The notes under the pieces: model-generated
Database searches by the model: none
Seen by the model: only the letters and a program-made list of their open reading frames with translations
Told to the model about the DNA's origin: nothing
In this document: positions 1-8,781 of the stretch, in pieces
Position numbering within the stretch: the stretch's first letter is position 1
How the letters are laid out: every line of letters starts with the position of its first letter
Made by a program: the position numbers and the translations under genes
Virus record (IMG/VR): IMGVR_UViG_3300045988_017036
Length of the DNA: 45,268 nt
Strand: one strand, 5' to 3'
Origin: a virus

Positions 1-85
1 GCTTGATGTCAATAATGGGAGACAATATGTTGTTTCCAGACTTTGGTTCTACAACAGACACAATTACTCTAGACCCAAAAAAAAC
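1..85. repeat. 85-bp direct repeat, identical to 45184..45268. Either an assembly overlap of a circular or circularly permuted contig, or terminal redundancy.
   Basis: Exact 85-nt identity between window start and end. An ORF (3..392) runs across the junction. Confidence 0.9.
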
Positions 86-392
86 ATATACTGCTAATTC
101 TGATTGTATAGTATATTTCAAAAACAACTTCCCAGTTTATAGATTATTTGTAAATGGGAGTAGTCTTGTTAAAGACGACGCTGGTTATGAATTTATGCCA
201 GGTTCTAGTATTTTCTTAAAAGAGGGTTCTACTATATTAAATGATGCTAATAGTTCTTCATTTTTATTCTATGTAGTTCCCTTAGTAAAATCTGGGGGGG
301 GGTATAAGTTCCCTATAGTCTCCTTTTTGTCTTACCAATTGAATAATATGGTTTGTATCAATAACGAGATTAAGTTTAAGAAGAGAGCTTAA
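6..392 (+). CDS. hypothetical protein
   Basis: Long + strand ORF downstream of the tail-fiber module. No recognisable motif. Start codon uncertain (ATG at 6, 15 or 27). Confidence 0.4.
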   Translation: MSIMGDNMLFPDFGSTTDTITLDPKKTYTANSDCIVYFKNNFPVYRLFVNGSSLVKDDAGYEFMPGSSIFLKEGSTILNDANSSSFLFYVVPLVKSGGGYKFPIVSFLSYQLNNMVCINNEIKFKKRA

Positions 393-395
393 TAT

Positions 396-734
396 ATGTT
401 TGATAAAGACAGAATATTATTCTCATTGGTTGGACTTATAGGAGACGATGATATGGTAATTGTTCCTAATAAAAATTCTCTTTCTGCAATAAGCGGAAAG
501 AATACTCCTTATACGTTTAGTACCCCTATAATAGTAAAAAGGCTCACTAATATGGTGTTTCCCGATGTGGGTTTTATATATACTATAACATATCCTGATG
601 GTTCTTCTTTAACTGTTGATACTGATGAACTAAATCTTGAAGGTGTGTATTATCCCGCAGGTACAACAATTGAATTTGAGATTAAAGATGGCAATAGGAT
701 TCTACAATACATAGAATGCAAATATGTTAAGTAA
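396..734 (+). CDS. hypothetical protein
   Basis: 112-aa ORF tightly packed 4 nt after the previous gene. Confidence 0.45.
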   Translation: MFDKDRILFSLVGLIGDDDMVIVPNKNSLSAISGKNTPYTFSTPIIVKRLTNMVFPDVGFIYTITYPDGSSLTVDTDELNLEGVYYPAGTTIEFEIKDGNRILQYIECKYVK

Positions 735-984
735 TATGTAACGAACACTTGAAATTTTTACTTATAAGCCCCATATAGTCTATATAATAGAATACCCTAG
801 GACACTAACCTAGGAATAGACAGTTTTGTATAGATAACCTGTCTGACCTGAATGGAACAAACTATACACAACAATAAATGGATAAACTAAATGTATTCTT
901 TTGAACATAAAGATACAGAACATCCTATGAGAGACATGAGGACTGTCCTTGAGAAATACCGTGATACTGAAGAAGGAGTGACGA

Positions 985-2061
985 ATGAAGGTAATTAAAA
1001 GAGACGGACGAGAAGTAGAATACGATTGGGATAAAGTAGAGTCAGCTATTGGTAAAGCCTATGCTGCTGTAGGACGCAACATTGAGTTTCCTGATCTGAA
1101 TATGTTGTGTTGTCTTAAAGAGCTTGAAGCAGAACTTAAAGATATTTCTGTGTTCAACGAAAAGATAACCGTAGAAGAAATTCAGGATATGGTTGAAAGA
1201 TTCCTGAGTGGACATGATTGCTTTGAGACAGCTAAGGCTTTTATTCTTTATCGTGAACAACACAGAAAGCAACGTACAGCAGTCCAAGTCAAGGAAGCTA
1301 TAGAAGAATACATTGGCCATGCTGACTGGAGAATTAAGGCAAATAGTAATCAGGGGTATTCCCTTGGTGGTATGATTCTGAATACTGCCGGTAAGATCAC
1401 AGCAAACTATTGGCTCAATGAAGTTTATCCTAAAGAGATCGGAGAGAGACACAGAGATGGTTCCTATCATATTCACGACTTGGATATGCTCTCTGGTTAT
1501 TGCTGTGGACACAGCCTTAGGGCATTGCTTGAGGAAGGTTTTAATGGTATTGTAGGTAAGATTTCAAGCAATCCTCCTAAGCATTTCTCTACGGCCTGTG
1601 GTCAGATTGTGAATTTCCTTGGATGTCTTCAGAATGAATGGGCTGGGGCACAAGCATTCTCTAGCTTTGATACCTATATGGCTCCCTTTGTACGACTTGA
1701 TAACATGAGCCTTGAGGACATCAAGAGAGAACTTGAGTCTATGATCTTCAGTCTCAATGTAGGTAGCCGTTGGGGTTCTCAATGTCCCTTTACGAATCTC
1801 ACGTTTGACTGGGTATGCCCTGATGATTTGAAAGACAAGCACCCGATTATTGGTGGTGAAGAACAAGAGTTCACCTATGGTGACTTCCAAAAGGAAATGG
1901 ACATGATTAACAGAGCCTTTATGGAAGTGATGATTGAAGGTGATAAAGATGGTAGAGCCTTTACGTTCCCTATTCCTACCTATAATATCACAGATGCTTT
2001 TGACTGGGAGCATCCTAATTGTGAGTACCTGTTTAAGATGACAGCCAAGTATGGCAACCCT
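985..2061 (+). CDS. nrdD: anaerobic ribonucleoside-triphosphate reductase (class III RNR) NrdD, exon 1 (ATP-cone plus N-terminal part of the catalytic domain)
   Basis: N-terminal ATP-cone-like region (KVIKRDGREVEYDWDKVESAIGKAY), then NrdD-like sequence ending in KYGNP. This continues in frame as YFANY...SMCCRLRLD at 2829 after a 767-nt insertion. P1 pairing: exon AACCCT with intron GGGGTT (2073..2078). Confidence 0.85.
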
Positions 2062-2828
2062 TGACAACACTAGGGGTTGTAAAATCGTGTGAACTCAGGG
2101 AAACTCCCTCTGGGACAATCCTGAGCCAAGCTTTTCGTAAATAACAAAACAACACAAAACATATTTCTATAAGGATAGATTATGAGACCTATTACAAATA
2201 ACTACACTGAAATCGACACCTACTTTGATAAACCTGAATATTCGATACCTGACCTAACTAAAATGTTCGGTATAAGTACACAGAGTATTCATGGGCATTG
2301 GAGGACAAAGTATGGTAGAGACAAACTGAAAGAAAGAAACCGTATTGTCAAGCATTACAAGAATGCTGGAGAGAATCATCCTAACTACGGTAAACGTGGT
2401 GCTGATGCCCCTAAGTATAAAGGTGTTATCAATGCTGACAAGGGTTACTTTATGATTTATAAACCCTCATGGTACACCGGCAGAAAGAATTGTAAGCACG
2501 TCTATCTGCATCACGTGGTTGTCTGTGAGAGACTGGGTATTTCAAAGATACCTCAAGGATGGTGTGTCCATCATTGTGACAAAGATAAATCCAATAATTC
2601 CTTTGAGAATTTAGTGTTGTTGACTCAAGGGGATCATTCAAGGCTACACGATTATTTACGAAAAGAAGGTGCAACGACTATCTCGAAAGAGAGTACACTC
2701 AAGTGGGTGGAAGCGCACGGTAAAGTTTTCAACAAAGAAGACTTTAATGATATAGTCTGTTCTATTAGGTAACTAATAGCTGTGTAAATTCACGGGGGAG
2801 GATTAACGACCCTCCCTGAACATAAAAG
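2062..2828 (+). mobile_element. group I intron 1 in nrdD (767 nt), carrying an HNH homing endonuclease ORF
   Basis: Interrupts the conserved NrdD motif KYG(N/I)PYF. The 5' exon ends in U and the intron ends in G. IGS pairing is present. The 5' core (GGGAAACTCCCTCTGGGACAATCCTGAGC at 2098) is shared with the other four introns. R element CAACGACTAT (~2673) and S element GATATAGTCTG (2749..2760) plus hairpin CTATTAG/CTAATAG lie inside or at the ORF 3' end. Confidence 0.8.
2182..2772 (+). CDS. intron-encoded HNH homing endonuclease
   Basis: HNH motif ...HHCDKDKSNNSFENLVLLTQGDHSRLH. Own RBS (AAGGATAG). Lies wholly inside the nrdD interruption. Confidence 0.8.
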   Translation: MRPITNNYTEIDTYFDKPEYSIPDLTKMFGISTQSIHGHWRTKYGRDKLKERNRIVKHYKNAGENHPNYGKRGADAPKYKGVINADKGYFMIYKPSWYTGRKNCKHVYLHHVVVCERLGISKIPQGWCVHHCDKDKSNNSFENLVLLTQGDHSRLHDYLRKEGATTISKESTLKWVEAHGKVFNKEDFNDIVCSIR

Positions 2829-3740
2829 TATTTTGCTAACTACTGCAATAGTGAACTGAAGCCTACCGATATTCGTTCTATGTGTTGCAGACTTAGACTT
2901 GACCTTAGAGAATTGCTAAAGAGAGGCAATGGGTTGTTCGGTAGTGCAGAGCAAACCGGTAGTATCGGTGTTGTCACAATCAACATGGCTAGACTAGGGT
3001 ACAAGCATAAAGGTGACAAAGAAGGTCTTTTAGTTGAACTACAGGATTTGATGGAGCTTGCTAAAGACAGTCTTGAGATCAAGCGTAAGTTTATCACTAA
3101 GATGATGGGTGAGGGACTGTATCCGTACACTAAGCGTTACCTTGGTACTTTCAGGAACTTCTTTAGTACGATCGGTGTCAATGGTATGAACGAAATGGTT
3201 CGTAACTTTACGGATGACAAAGAGGACATTACGACTGACTTTGGTGAACAATGGTGTCTTGAAGTCTTGAACTACATCCGTAAAAAGATGATTGAATTCC
3301 AAGAAGAGACTGGAAACCTATACAATCTGGAAGCTACTCCTGCTGAAGGTACAACCTATAGATTTGCTAAAGAAGACTTGAAGAGATACCCTGATATTCT
3401 TCAGGCTGGCACTAAAGAGAATCCTTACTATACGAATAGCTCTCAGTTGCCTGTAGGATTCACGGATGACCCCTTTGAGGCTCTTCTGAGACAAGAAGAG
3501 ATGCAATGTATGTACACCGGTGGCACAGTATTGCACCTGTATATTGGTGAACAGATCAGCTCTTGGGAATCCTGTAGAAACCTTGTAAGAAAGGCAGTTA
3601 CTAACTTTAAGTTGCCTTATATTTCTGTTACACCTACATTCTCCATTTGTCCTAAACATGGATACCTTGCAGGTAAACATGACCATTGTCCTTTATGTGA
3701 TAAAGAAATCATTGAAAAATATAAAGCTAAGGAGTGTTGT
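2829..3740 (+). CDS. nrdD: NrdD exon 2 (catalytic core through the Zn-ribbon; the 3' boundary is approximate and the reading frame runs to a stop codon at 3744..3746)
   Basis: In-frame continuation YFANYCNSELKPTDIRSMCCRLRLD... upstream of the ORF-track start at 2880. C-terminal segment CPKHG..HCPLC is a Zn-ribbon-like region. The glycyl-radical motif is missing from this exon and is found downstream at 4551. Confidence 0.7.
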
Positions 3741-4550
3741 AAATGATAAGTGAAGTAGATATTGAACAAAAGATTCTTAAAGAACACGCTGAAGAAAGAC
3801 AGCCTTGTGAAGTATGGTCTCGTTAACCTACTAGCGTGACCTTTTAAAAACGATGCCTAAACGGGGAAACTCTCACTGAGACAATCCCGTGCTAAACACT
3901 ATATGAGAAACCCTTGGAGGTTGATATATGATGATTGAAATCTGGAAAGACATCCCTGAATGGGAAGGACTCTATCAAGTATCTAATATGGGTAGAGTCA
4001 AGAATACTAAAAGAAACAAAGTCAAAGTCCTTGATATGAACAATGCAGGTTATCTCAGAGTCCAGCTTTGTGATAACACCAGGCGCAAGAAATACTTTAT
4101 CCATCGTCTGGTAGCCCATGCGTTTGTTGATGGTTACTTCGATGGCGCTCAGATAAATCACATTGACATGGATAGGACTAACAACTGTGCTGACAATCTT
4201 GAATGGGTAACTCCTAGTGAAAACCAAAAGAAAGCTGTGGCTATCAAAGGGTTGCACAAAGGACACTTTAAAGACGTACCTTACAAGATCACTTTTAGTA
4301 ATGGAGCTACAATCTACTTCGATAATATGCCCCTTGTCGCTAGGTCTGTTGGTCTGTCCAAGAGTCTTCTCTATTACAGACTCAACGGTAAAGACAAGGT
4401 TTATCTTAAAGAAGTCGATGGGTATCTTTCCAAGTGTAATGCCTAGAGACTATCCGCACAGCGGAGTAAGTAGCATAATGCTATTGAAACGGTATCCATA
4501 GATGATATAGTCCGAACTCATAGGCGACTATGAGATTAACATAATTGGTG
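3741..4550 (+). mobile_element. group I intron 2 in nrdD (about 0.8 kb; the 5' boundary is uncertain), carrying a NUMOD4/HNH_3 endonuclease ORF
   Basis: 5' core element GGGGAAACTCTCACTGAGACAATCCCGTGC (3863) is homologous to intron 1. R-like element AGAGACTATCCG (~4449), S element GATATAGTCCGA (4504..4515) and hairpin CTCATAG/CTATGAG. The downstream frame encodes the NrdD glycyl-radical tail. The junction 3740|4551 satisfies the U / omega-G rules and reproduces the E. coli NrdD spacing of 15 residues between the last Cys and the radical Gly. P1 is only weak (GTGACC at 3836). Confidence 0.55.
3928..4446 (+). CDS. intron-encoded HNH homing endonuclease (NUMOD4 plus HNH_3 type)
   Basis: WKDIPEWEGLYQVSNMGRVKN (NUMOD4-like) and HRLVAHAFV...INHIDMDRTNNCADNLEWVTPSENQKKA (HNH_3). 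Strong RBS GGAGG. Confidence 0.85.
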   Translation: MMIEIWKDIPEWEGLYQVSNMGRVKNTKRNKVKVLDMNNAGYLRVQLCDNTRRKKYFIHRLVAHAFVDGYFDGAQINHIDMDRTNNCADNLEWVTPSENQKKAVAIKGLHKGHFKDVPYKITFSNGATIYFDNMPLVARSVGLSKSLLYYRLNGKDKVYLKEVDGYLSKCNA

Positions 4551-4655
4551 ATGGGTTACCTTAGACCTACCTCCGGCTACAATAAAGGTAAGATAGGAGA
4601 GTTTAATGAACGAAAGTTTTTTAAAGAACCAAAAGCTAAAGATATACAGTGCTGA
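4551..4655 (+). CDS. nrdD: NrdD exon 3 (34-codon micro-exon with the glycyl-radical motif)
   Basis: Translates to MGYLRPTSGYNKGKIGEFNERKFFKEPKAKDIQC*. Compare E. coli NrdD ...RVCGYLGSPDARPFNAGKQEEVKRR. Same absolute frame as exon 2. Overlaps the start of the next gene in another frame. Confidence 0.5.
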   Translation: MGYLRPTSGYNKGKIGEFNERKFFKEPKAKDIQC

Positions 4656-4848
4656 TTGGTGTATGAAGTGTAGGAGCCTCAAGAACACTTTGGATAGACT
4701 TGGAGTATCCTATGAAGTTATAGATGTATCTAAGTTATCAGAAGAAGAATATGCCTCAATTCGTGAGCTTCCTACTATTGAACTCAATAATAATAGACTT
4801 TCTGGTGAAATACATTTGAAAGCCCTAAAAGAATTCTTGGGTTTGTAA
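4606..4848 (+). CDS. glutaredoxin / NrdH-like small redoxin
   Basis: 80 aa with a thioredoxin-fold CxxC (YSADWCMKCRSL). Located next to nrdD. Confidence 0.6.
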   Translation: MNESFLKNQKLKIYSADWCMKCRSLKNTLDRLGVSYEVIDVSKLSEEEYASIRELPTIELNNNRLSGEIHLKALKEFLGL

Positions 4849-4851
4849 AAT

Positions 4852-5130
4852 ATGCTGGTATTAGATGACGAGGATGTCAAGAAGATTGCTGATGGTGTAT
4901 TGCAGTCTTCTCCTCCTGCTGTGGTCTCCTCATGTACTCTTCTTGGCTTCCCGTTATCTGATTGGGTTTATATAGCAACAATCATTTATACATTTGTTGG
5001 AATCCTTAGTATCATAAAGAGATATTGGGTTGACCCCTATCTTAGAGCTAAAAGAAGACTAAGAGAAATAGAAGCAAGGATTAAAAGAGAACATGAGCAA
5101 CAAGAAAAAGAAAACCACACAAGAACTTGA
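4852..5130 (+). CDS. type II holin (T7 gp17.5-like)
   Basis: A single central TM segment (WVYIATIIYTFVGILSII) with a charged C-terminal tail. Resembles T7 gp17.5 and lies immediately upstream of terS, as in T7. Confidence 0.6.
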   Translation: MLVLDDEDVKKIADGVLQSSPPAVVSSCTLLGFPLSDWVYIATIIYTFVGILSIIKRYWVDPYLRAKRRLREIEARIKREHEQQEKENHTRT

Positions 5131-5365
5131 AGAACTCCTAGGGTTAATCCAAGAGAAACTTTATGATGCTATGAGTAACGACTTGGATGATCCTCAAAAG
5201 CGTTCTCCACAGCTCTACAACGCTATTATTAAGGAGCTAGAACGTAATGGCATAGATTGTGTCCTTAAAGCAGGAGACGATGAAGGAAATGCTTTTAATA
5301 GCCTTCTGTTGAAGGTACAGAATACCTATAGTGAAGCAGGATATGACAATCAAGCAATCAACTAA
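5093..5365 (+). CDS. terminase small subunit (T7 gp18-like)
   Basis: 90 aa. The motif RSPQLYNAI is shared with T7 gp18. It overlaps both the holin and the large terminase gene, as in T7. Confidence 0.7.
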   Translation: MSNKKKKTTQELEELLGLIQEKLYDAMSNDLDDPQKRSPQLYNAIIKELERNGIDCVLKAGDDEGNAFNSLLLKVQNTYSEAGYDNQAIN

Positions 5366-6869
5366 TGAACTCCTTCTAGAGTATTATAATAACTTCCCAC
5401 TATTCTGTAACCTTGTATGGAAGCAAATTGGGCTACCTCAGTTGACACCTATACAAGATCAAATTGCTAAGACACTACAGAATCCTCCTAGTGACAGATA
5501 CATCATTGAAGGATTCCGTGGTGTGGCTAAGAGTTTCCTTACGTGTGCCTACTGTGTGTGGAGCTTATGGAGAGACCCACAGATTAAGGTAATGATTGTG
5601 TCAGCTAACAAAGAAAGAGCTGATGCTAATGCTATCTTCGTTAAGAAGATCATAGATGTACTGCCTTTCTTGTCTCACCTGAAGGCTAGAGAAGGACAGA
5701 GAGATACACAGAATCTCTTTGATGTTGGTCCTGCATTGCCTGACCATAGCCCTAGTGTCAAGTCTGTAGGTATCAAAGGGCAGCTTACCGGTAGTCGTGC
5801 TGATCTTCTGATCTCAGATGACGTTGAAGTTGTTCAGAATAGCTTCACTCAGGTACTCAGAGATCAACTATTCGAATATGTCAAGGAATATGATGCTGTG
5901 ATTAAGCCTAATGGTAAGATCATATATCTTGGTACTCCTCAAAATGAAATGTCTTTGTACAATGAGCTACAAGAAAGAGGCTACACCTGCATCATATTCC
6001 CTGCTAGATACCCCTATGATGACAAGTCTAGGAATAACTATGGGGATAAACTAGCTCCCTATATCGCTAAGAGATATGATAGTGATCCTAAGAAATACGC
6101 AGGGAGACCTACAGACCCCCTAAGATTCGATGAAGAAGACCTACAGAGACGTGAACTGTCTTATGGAAGAGCTGGTTTTGCTCTTCAGTTCATGCTCGAT
6201 ACAACACTCTCAGATGCCGATAGATACCCGCTCAGGCTTCAAGATTTCCTTGTGGGTATGTTTGATAGGGTAGAGGCTCCAATGAAGCTTACGTGGCTTC
6301 CTGAGGCCAGCAAAAGGCTGTCTAGCGATACTCCTACGATGGGACTTAAGGGTGACTACTTCTATTACTACAATACAGCCTCAGAAGAGATCAAAAAGTA
6401 TGACTATAAGATGATGGCAATCGATCCTTCGGGTAAGGGCAAAGATGAGTCTGCGTACTGTGTTTTGTATTATCTTAATGGTTATATTTATTTGATGGAA
6501 ACTGGAGGATTCTTAGGAGGTTATTCAGAGCCTGTCCTAAATAAACTAGCAAATATAGCTAAAAAGTATAATGTGAATGAGGTAGTCCTAGAAGGAAACT
6601 TCGGTTCAGGAATGTACACTAGACTTTTTGAACCAGTATTAAAAAAAGTATACCCTAACTGTGGCATCACAGAAGTAACTTCTAAAGGACAAAAAGAATT
6701 ACGCATCATAGATACTATAGAACCTATCTTAGGAAATCATAAACTATGTGTTACTCCCGAGTGCATACAAAAAGATTTTAATAGTGTACCGGAAGGAGAC
6801 TTTAAGTATTCATGCTTCTATCAGTTGACTAGAATCACACACGATAAGGGAGCATTGATACATGACGAT
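5331..6869 (+). CDS. terminase large subunit (T7 gp19-like), exon 1
   Basis: Strong similarity to T7 gp19 across the ATPase and nuclease domains (GFRGVAKSF..., SVKSVGIKGQLTGSRADLLISDDVEV, GALIHDD). The frame then breaks at HDD|. Confidence 0.9.
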
Positions 6870-7631
6870 AGAAGAATTTGTCGTCAATAAAACCCTTAAA
6901 TTCGGTGGAACTCTCTTTAGGAATCTAATGAGACAATACCGAGCCGAGCTTAATTGCAGGTGTAACGACTATCCGTAATGGAGTAGGTAGCAAGTGCTAT
7001 CGAAAAATGGGTGAAAAAGATATAGTCTGAACTTCATGGTGACATGAAGCATCTACATTTTACAATAGGAGAATTTCTATTATGAACAAAAATCAAAATT
7101 ATTACGAAGGTTATAATAATGTTGGTCTTCATCTGAAGGCTAATAGACTAAAAGGTAAAACTTGGCTGGTTACTTTTACAGATACAGGTAGCACACGCAA
7201 AGCAAATATAGACAACATTAAAAAAGGTAAAGTTAAAGACTTATATTATCCTTCAAGATATGGTATAGGCTATGACGGAGAATTTATCAGAGTACCTTAT
7301 TGGAGAAAAGCTAAAGATTTGTGGTCTAACATGCTAAAAAGATGTTACTTTGAAAATGATTCCAAAGGTTATTTTGGAAGATGTACAGTAGCTCCTAGAT
7401 GGCATTGCTTTGCTAACTTTTTAGAGGATATGAAAACCCTTCCTAATTTTGATAAATGGTTGAAAAACACTACCCCATACGAATTAGACAAGGACTCTAT
7501 TGTCCCTAATAATTCTGTTTACTCAAAAGACACCTGTATGTTTCTTGATAGACACACAAATAGGGCTAATGGTAAGGGTGGTAAGAAACTAGTAGATGGT
7601 TGCTGGGTAACGACCGGCAATTAACATATTG
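6870..7631 (+). mobile_element. group I intron in the large terminase gene (762 nt) with a 180-aa ORF placed 3' of the catalytic core
   Basis: Exon ...CATGACGAT ends in U. P1 is a perfect 6-bp pairing with GTCGTC (6880..6885). The core carries GGTGGAACTCTC...TGAGACAATACCGAGC, R element AACGACTATCCG (~6973) and S element GATATAGTCTGA (7019..7030) plus hairpin CTTCATG/CATGAAG. Omega G is at 7631. The spliced product reads HDD|RLDSLAIGCAYL, matching T7 HDDRLDALALGIEYL. Confidence 0.8.
7082..7624 (+). CDS. intron-encoded protein of unrecognised family (candidate homing endonuclease)
   Basis: 180-aa ORF with an RBS (AGGAGAA), located entirely inside the terminase intron, downstream of the S element. 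I see no HNH, GIY-YIG or LAGLIDADG motif. Confidence 0.55.
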   Translation: MNKNQNYYEGYNNVGLHLKANRLKGKTWLVTFTDTGSTRKANIDNIKKGKVKDLYYPSRYGIGYDGEFIRVPYWRKAKDLWSNMLKRCYFENDSKGYFGRCTVAPRWHCFANFLEDMKTLPNFDKWLKNTTPYELDKDSIVPNNSVYSKDTCMFLDRHTNRANGKGGKKLVDGCWVTTGN

Positions 7632-7841
7632 AGATTAGATAGTCTTGCTATAGGATGTGCATATCTAAAGGACTTTATGGGGATTGATGCTGATGAAGGT
7701 ATATCTGAGACTAGTGCCCAATGGTATGAAGACTCTATGGATGGCCTATTGAAGCATCTTACAACTAAAACCTATGGTAAATACCTTGTTGATACATACG
7801 ATGATGGTATGGACAATGTAGCTAATATCTCTATCTTTTGA
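7632..7841 (+). CDS. terminase large subunit, exon 2 (C-terminal 69 aa)
   Basis: RLDSLAIGCAYLKDFMGID...DGMDNVANISIF aligns with the T7 gp19 C-terminus. The spliced protein would be about 582 aa, against 586 aa for T7 gp19. Confidence 0.85.
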   Translation, partial: RLDSLAIGCAYLKDFMGIDADEGISETSAQWYEDSMDGLLKHLTTKTYGKYLVDTYDDGMDNVANISIF

Positions 7842-7913
7842 CACAAATCAATGTATATAAGGGTAATCCCTACTTGAATAATATAATCTTACTAATAGAA
7901 GTTAGACTAAAAA

Positions 7914-7935
7914 TAATAAAATCTGACTGTAGAAA
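7914..7935 (+). promoter_or_regulatory. phage-promoter-like motif, copy 1 (AATAAAATCTGACTGTAGAAAA)
   Basis: One member of a 7-copy conserved 22-mer family, all on the + strand in intergenic positions. Confidence 0.4.
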
Positions 7936-8139
7936 AACAAAAGTAGGGCTTTAGGTATATACAAGAGTATTGTAAAAAACTAAGGGTGTAACTTAAAGTT
8001 CCTTATAGAGGTGGTATCTTATTGTTTCCAATGTTCATTGATGATTACAATAAGGATAGTCTCTAGTAGGCTATAGAGACTTAAAGCTCCTTATAGGAGT
8101 GGTAACCTAAATGATGTAACAGATGGAGTAGGGAATAAT

Positions 8140-8289
8140 AATGATACAAAGACTCTTGTCTATCCTTAGGAATCCTAAGGTCGTACATTGGGTGAAACTT
8201 GTGGTAGTTGTGGTGTTGTTTGTGATTGCGTTGGTGAATAAAGATGTCGATCAATTACTGCAAGTTGTAACCCAAGTGCTATTACCTTG
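8140..8289 (+). CDS. possible small membrane protein (49 aa)
   Basis: ATG after GGGAATAATA. Translates to MIQRLLSILRNPKVVHWVKLVVVVVLFVIALV.... Sits alone in the non-coding region. Weak support. Confidence 0.2.
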
Positions 8290-8453
8290 AGGTACACCTA
8301 CCGGTACACCTATAGGTTTATACCTCGATTAAAAAAATTGAAAATAATTATAAGACCTCACTTAAATTTAATGAGGCGTTCATTACCCCCTGTGGGTGCC
8401 CTTGAGTATCACTAATAGATACACATGAGGGGACACTATAGGGTTTGTTCTAA

Positions 8454-8483
8454 TTGACATGTAGGGGAAGCTTATGGTATAAT
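8454..8483 (+). promoter_or_regulatory. candidate host sigma70 early promoter (TTGACA-18-TATAAT)
   Basis: Perfect -35 and -10 hexamers at 8454..8459 and 8478..8483. However, the -10 lies inside a long hairpin followed by T8 (8463..8500). Confidence 0.35.
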
Positions 8484-8647
8484 CATAGGTTTCCCCTTTT
8501 TTTTATCTAGGTATAGTGGTTAGACTCTAGGTTGATACTATAGGTTGTAGCTATAGGTGATATATCTGTACAACCTATAGTATTACCTACAAATAAGTAA
8601 TAGTATTACCTACAGTTGATTACAGGGTTATTCCTTAGCTACCGGTG

Positions 8648-8676
8648 TTGACATTGTGATTAACTTGTGGTATCAC
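8648..8676 (+). promoter_or_regulatory. candidate sigma70 promoter (TTGACA-17-TATCAC)
   Basis: Consensus -35 with a moderate -10. Confidence 0.3.
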
Positions 8677-8752
8677 ACGTGCGTACTGACATAAAGGAAA
8701 TAGGGACATCTATACGGTTACTTATGGTTTACAATTTTTTACACTCTAGGTC

Positions 8753-8781
8753 TTGACAATGGGGTTTTAGTGCTTTACTAT
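8753..8781 (+). promoter_or_regulatory. candidate sigma70 promoter (TTGACA-17-TACTAT)
   Basis: Consensus -35 with a 5/6 -10. Oriented toward the early genes. Confidence 0.3.

Noticed and set aside
2880-3746. ATG at 2880 as the start of a separate nrdD C-terminal gene
   Set aside because: The reading frame stays open upstream to 2826. It encodes YFANYCNSELKPTDIRS, which continues the NrdD motif from exon 1, so exon 2 begins at 2829 after the intron's terminal G.
3741-3746. Alternative 5' splice sites for nrdD intron 2 at 3743 or 3744, or treating the TGA at 3744 as the true end of NrdD
   Set aside because: 3743 ends in A, not U. 3744 gives the wrong phase with any G-preceded 3' site. A stop codon here would leave NrdD without its essential glycyl-radical domain. 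Kept as the main uncertainty rather than adopted.
4217-4501. ORF 4217..4501 (+) and ORF 3892..4266 (-)
   Set aside because: They overlap the HNH endonuclease gene 3928..4446 in other frames and have no supporting features.
8463-8500. Rho-independent terminator overlapping the best sigma70 promoter
   Set aside because: The hairpin stem is interrupted and its loop contains the TATAAT. I cannot decide between promoter, terminator or both from sequence alone, so it is reported only as a low-confidence promoter.
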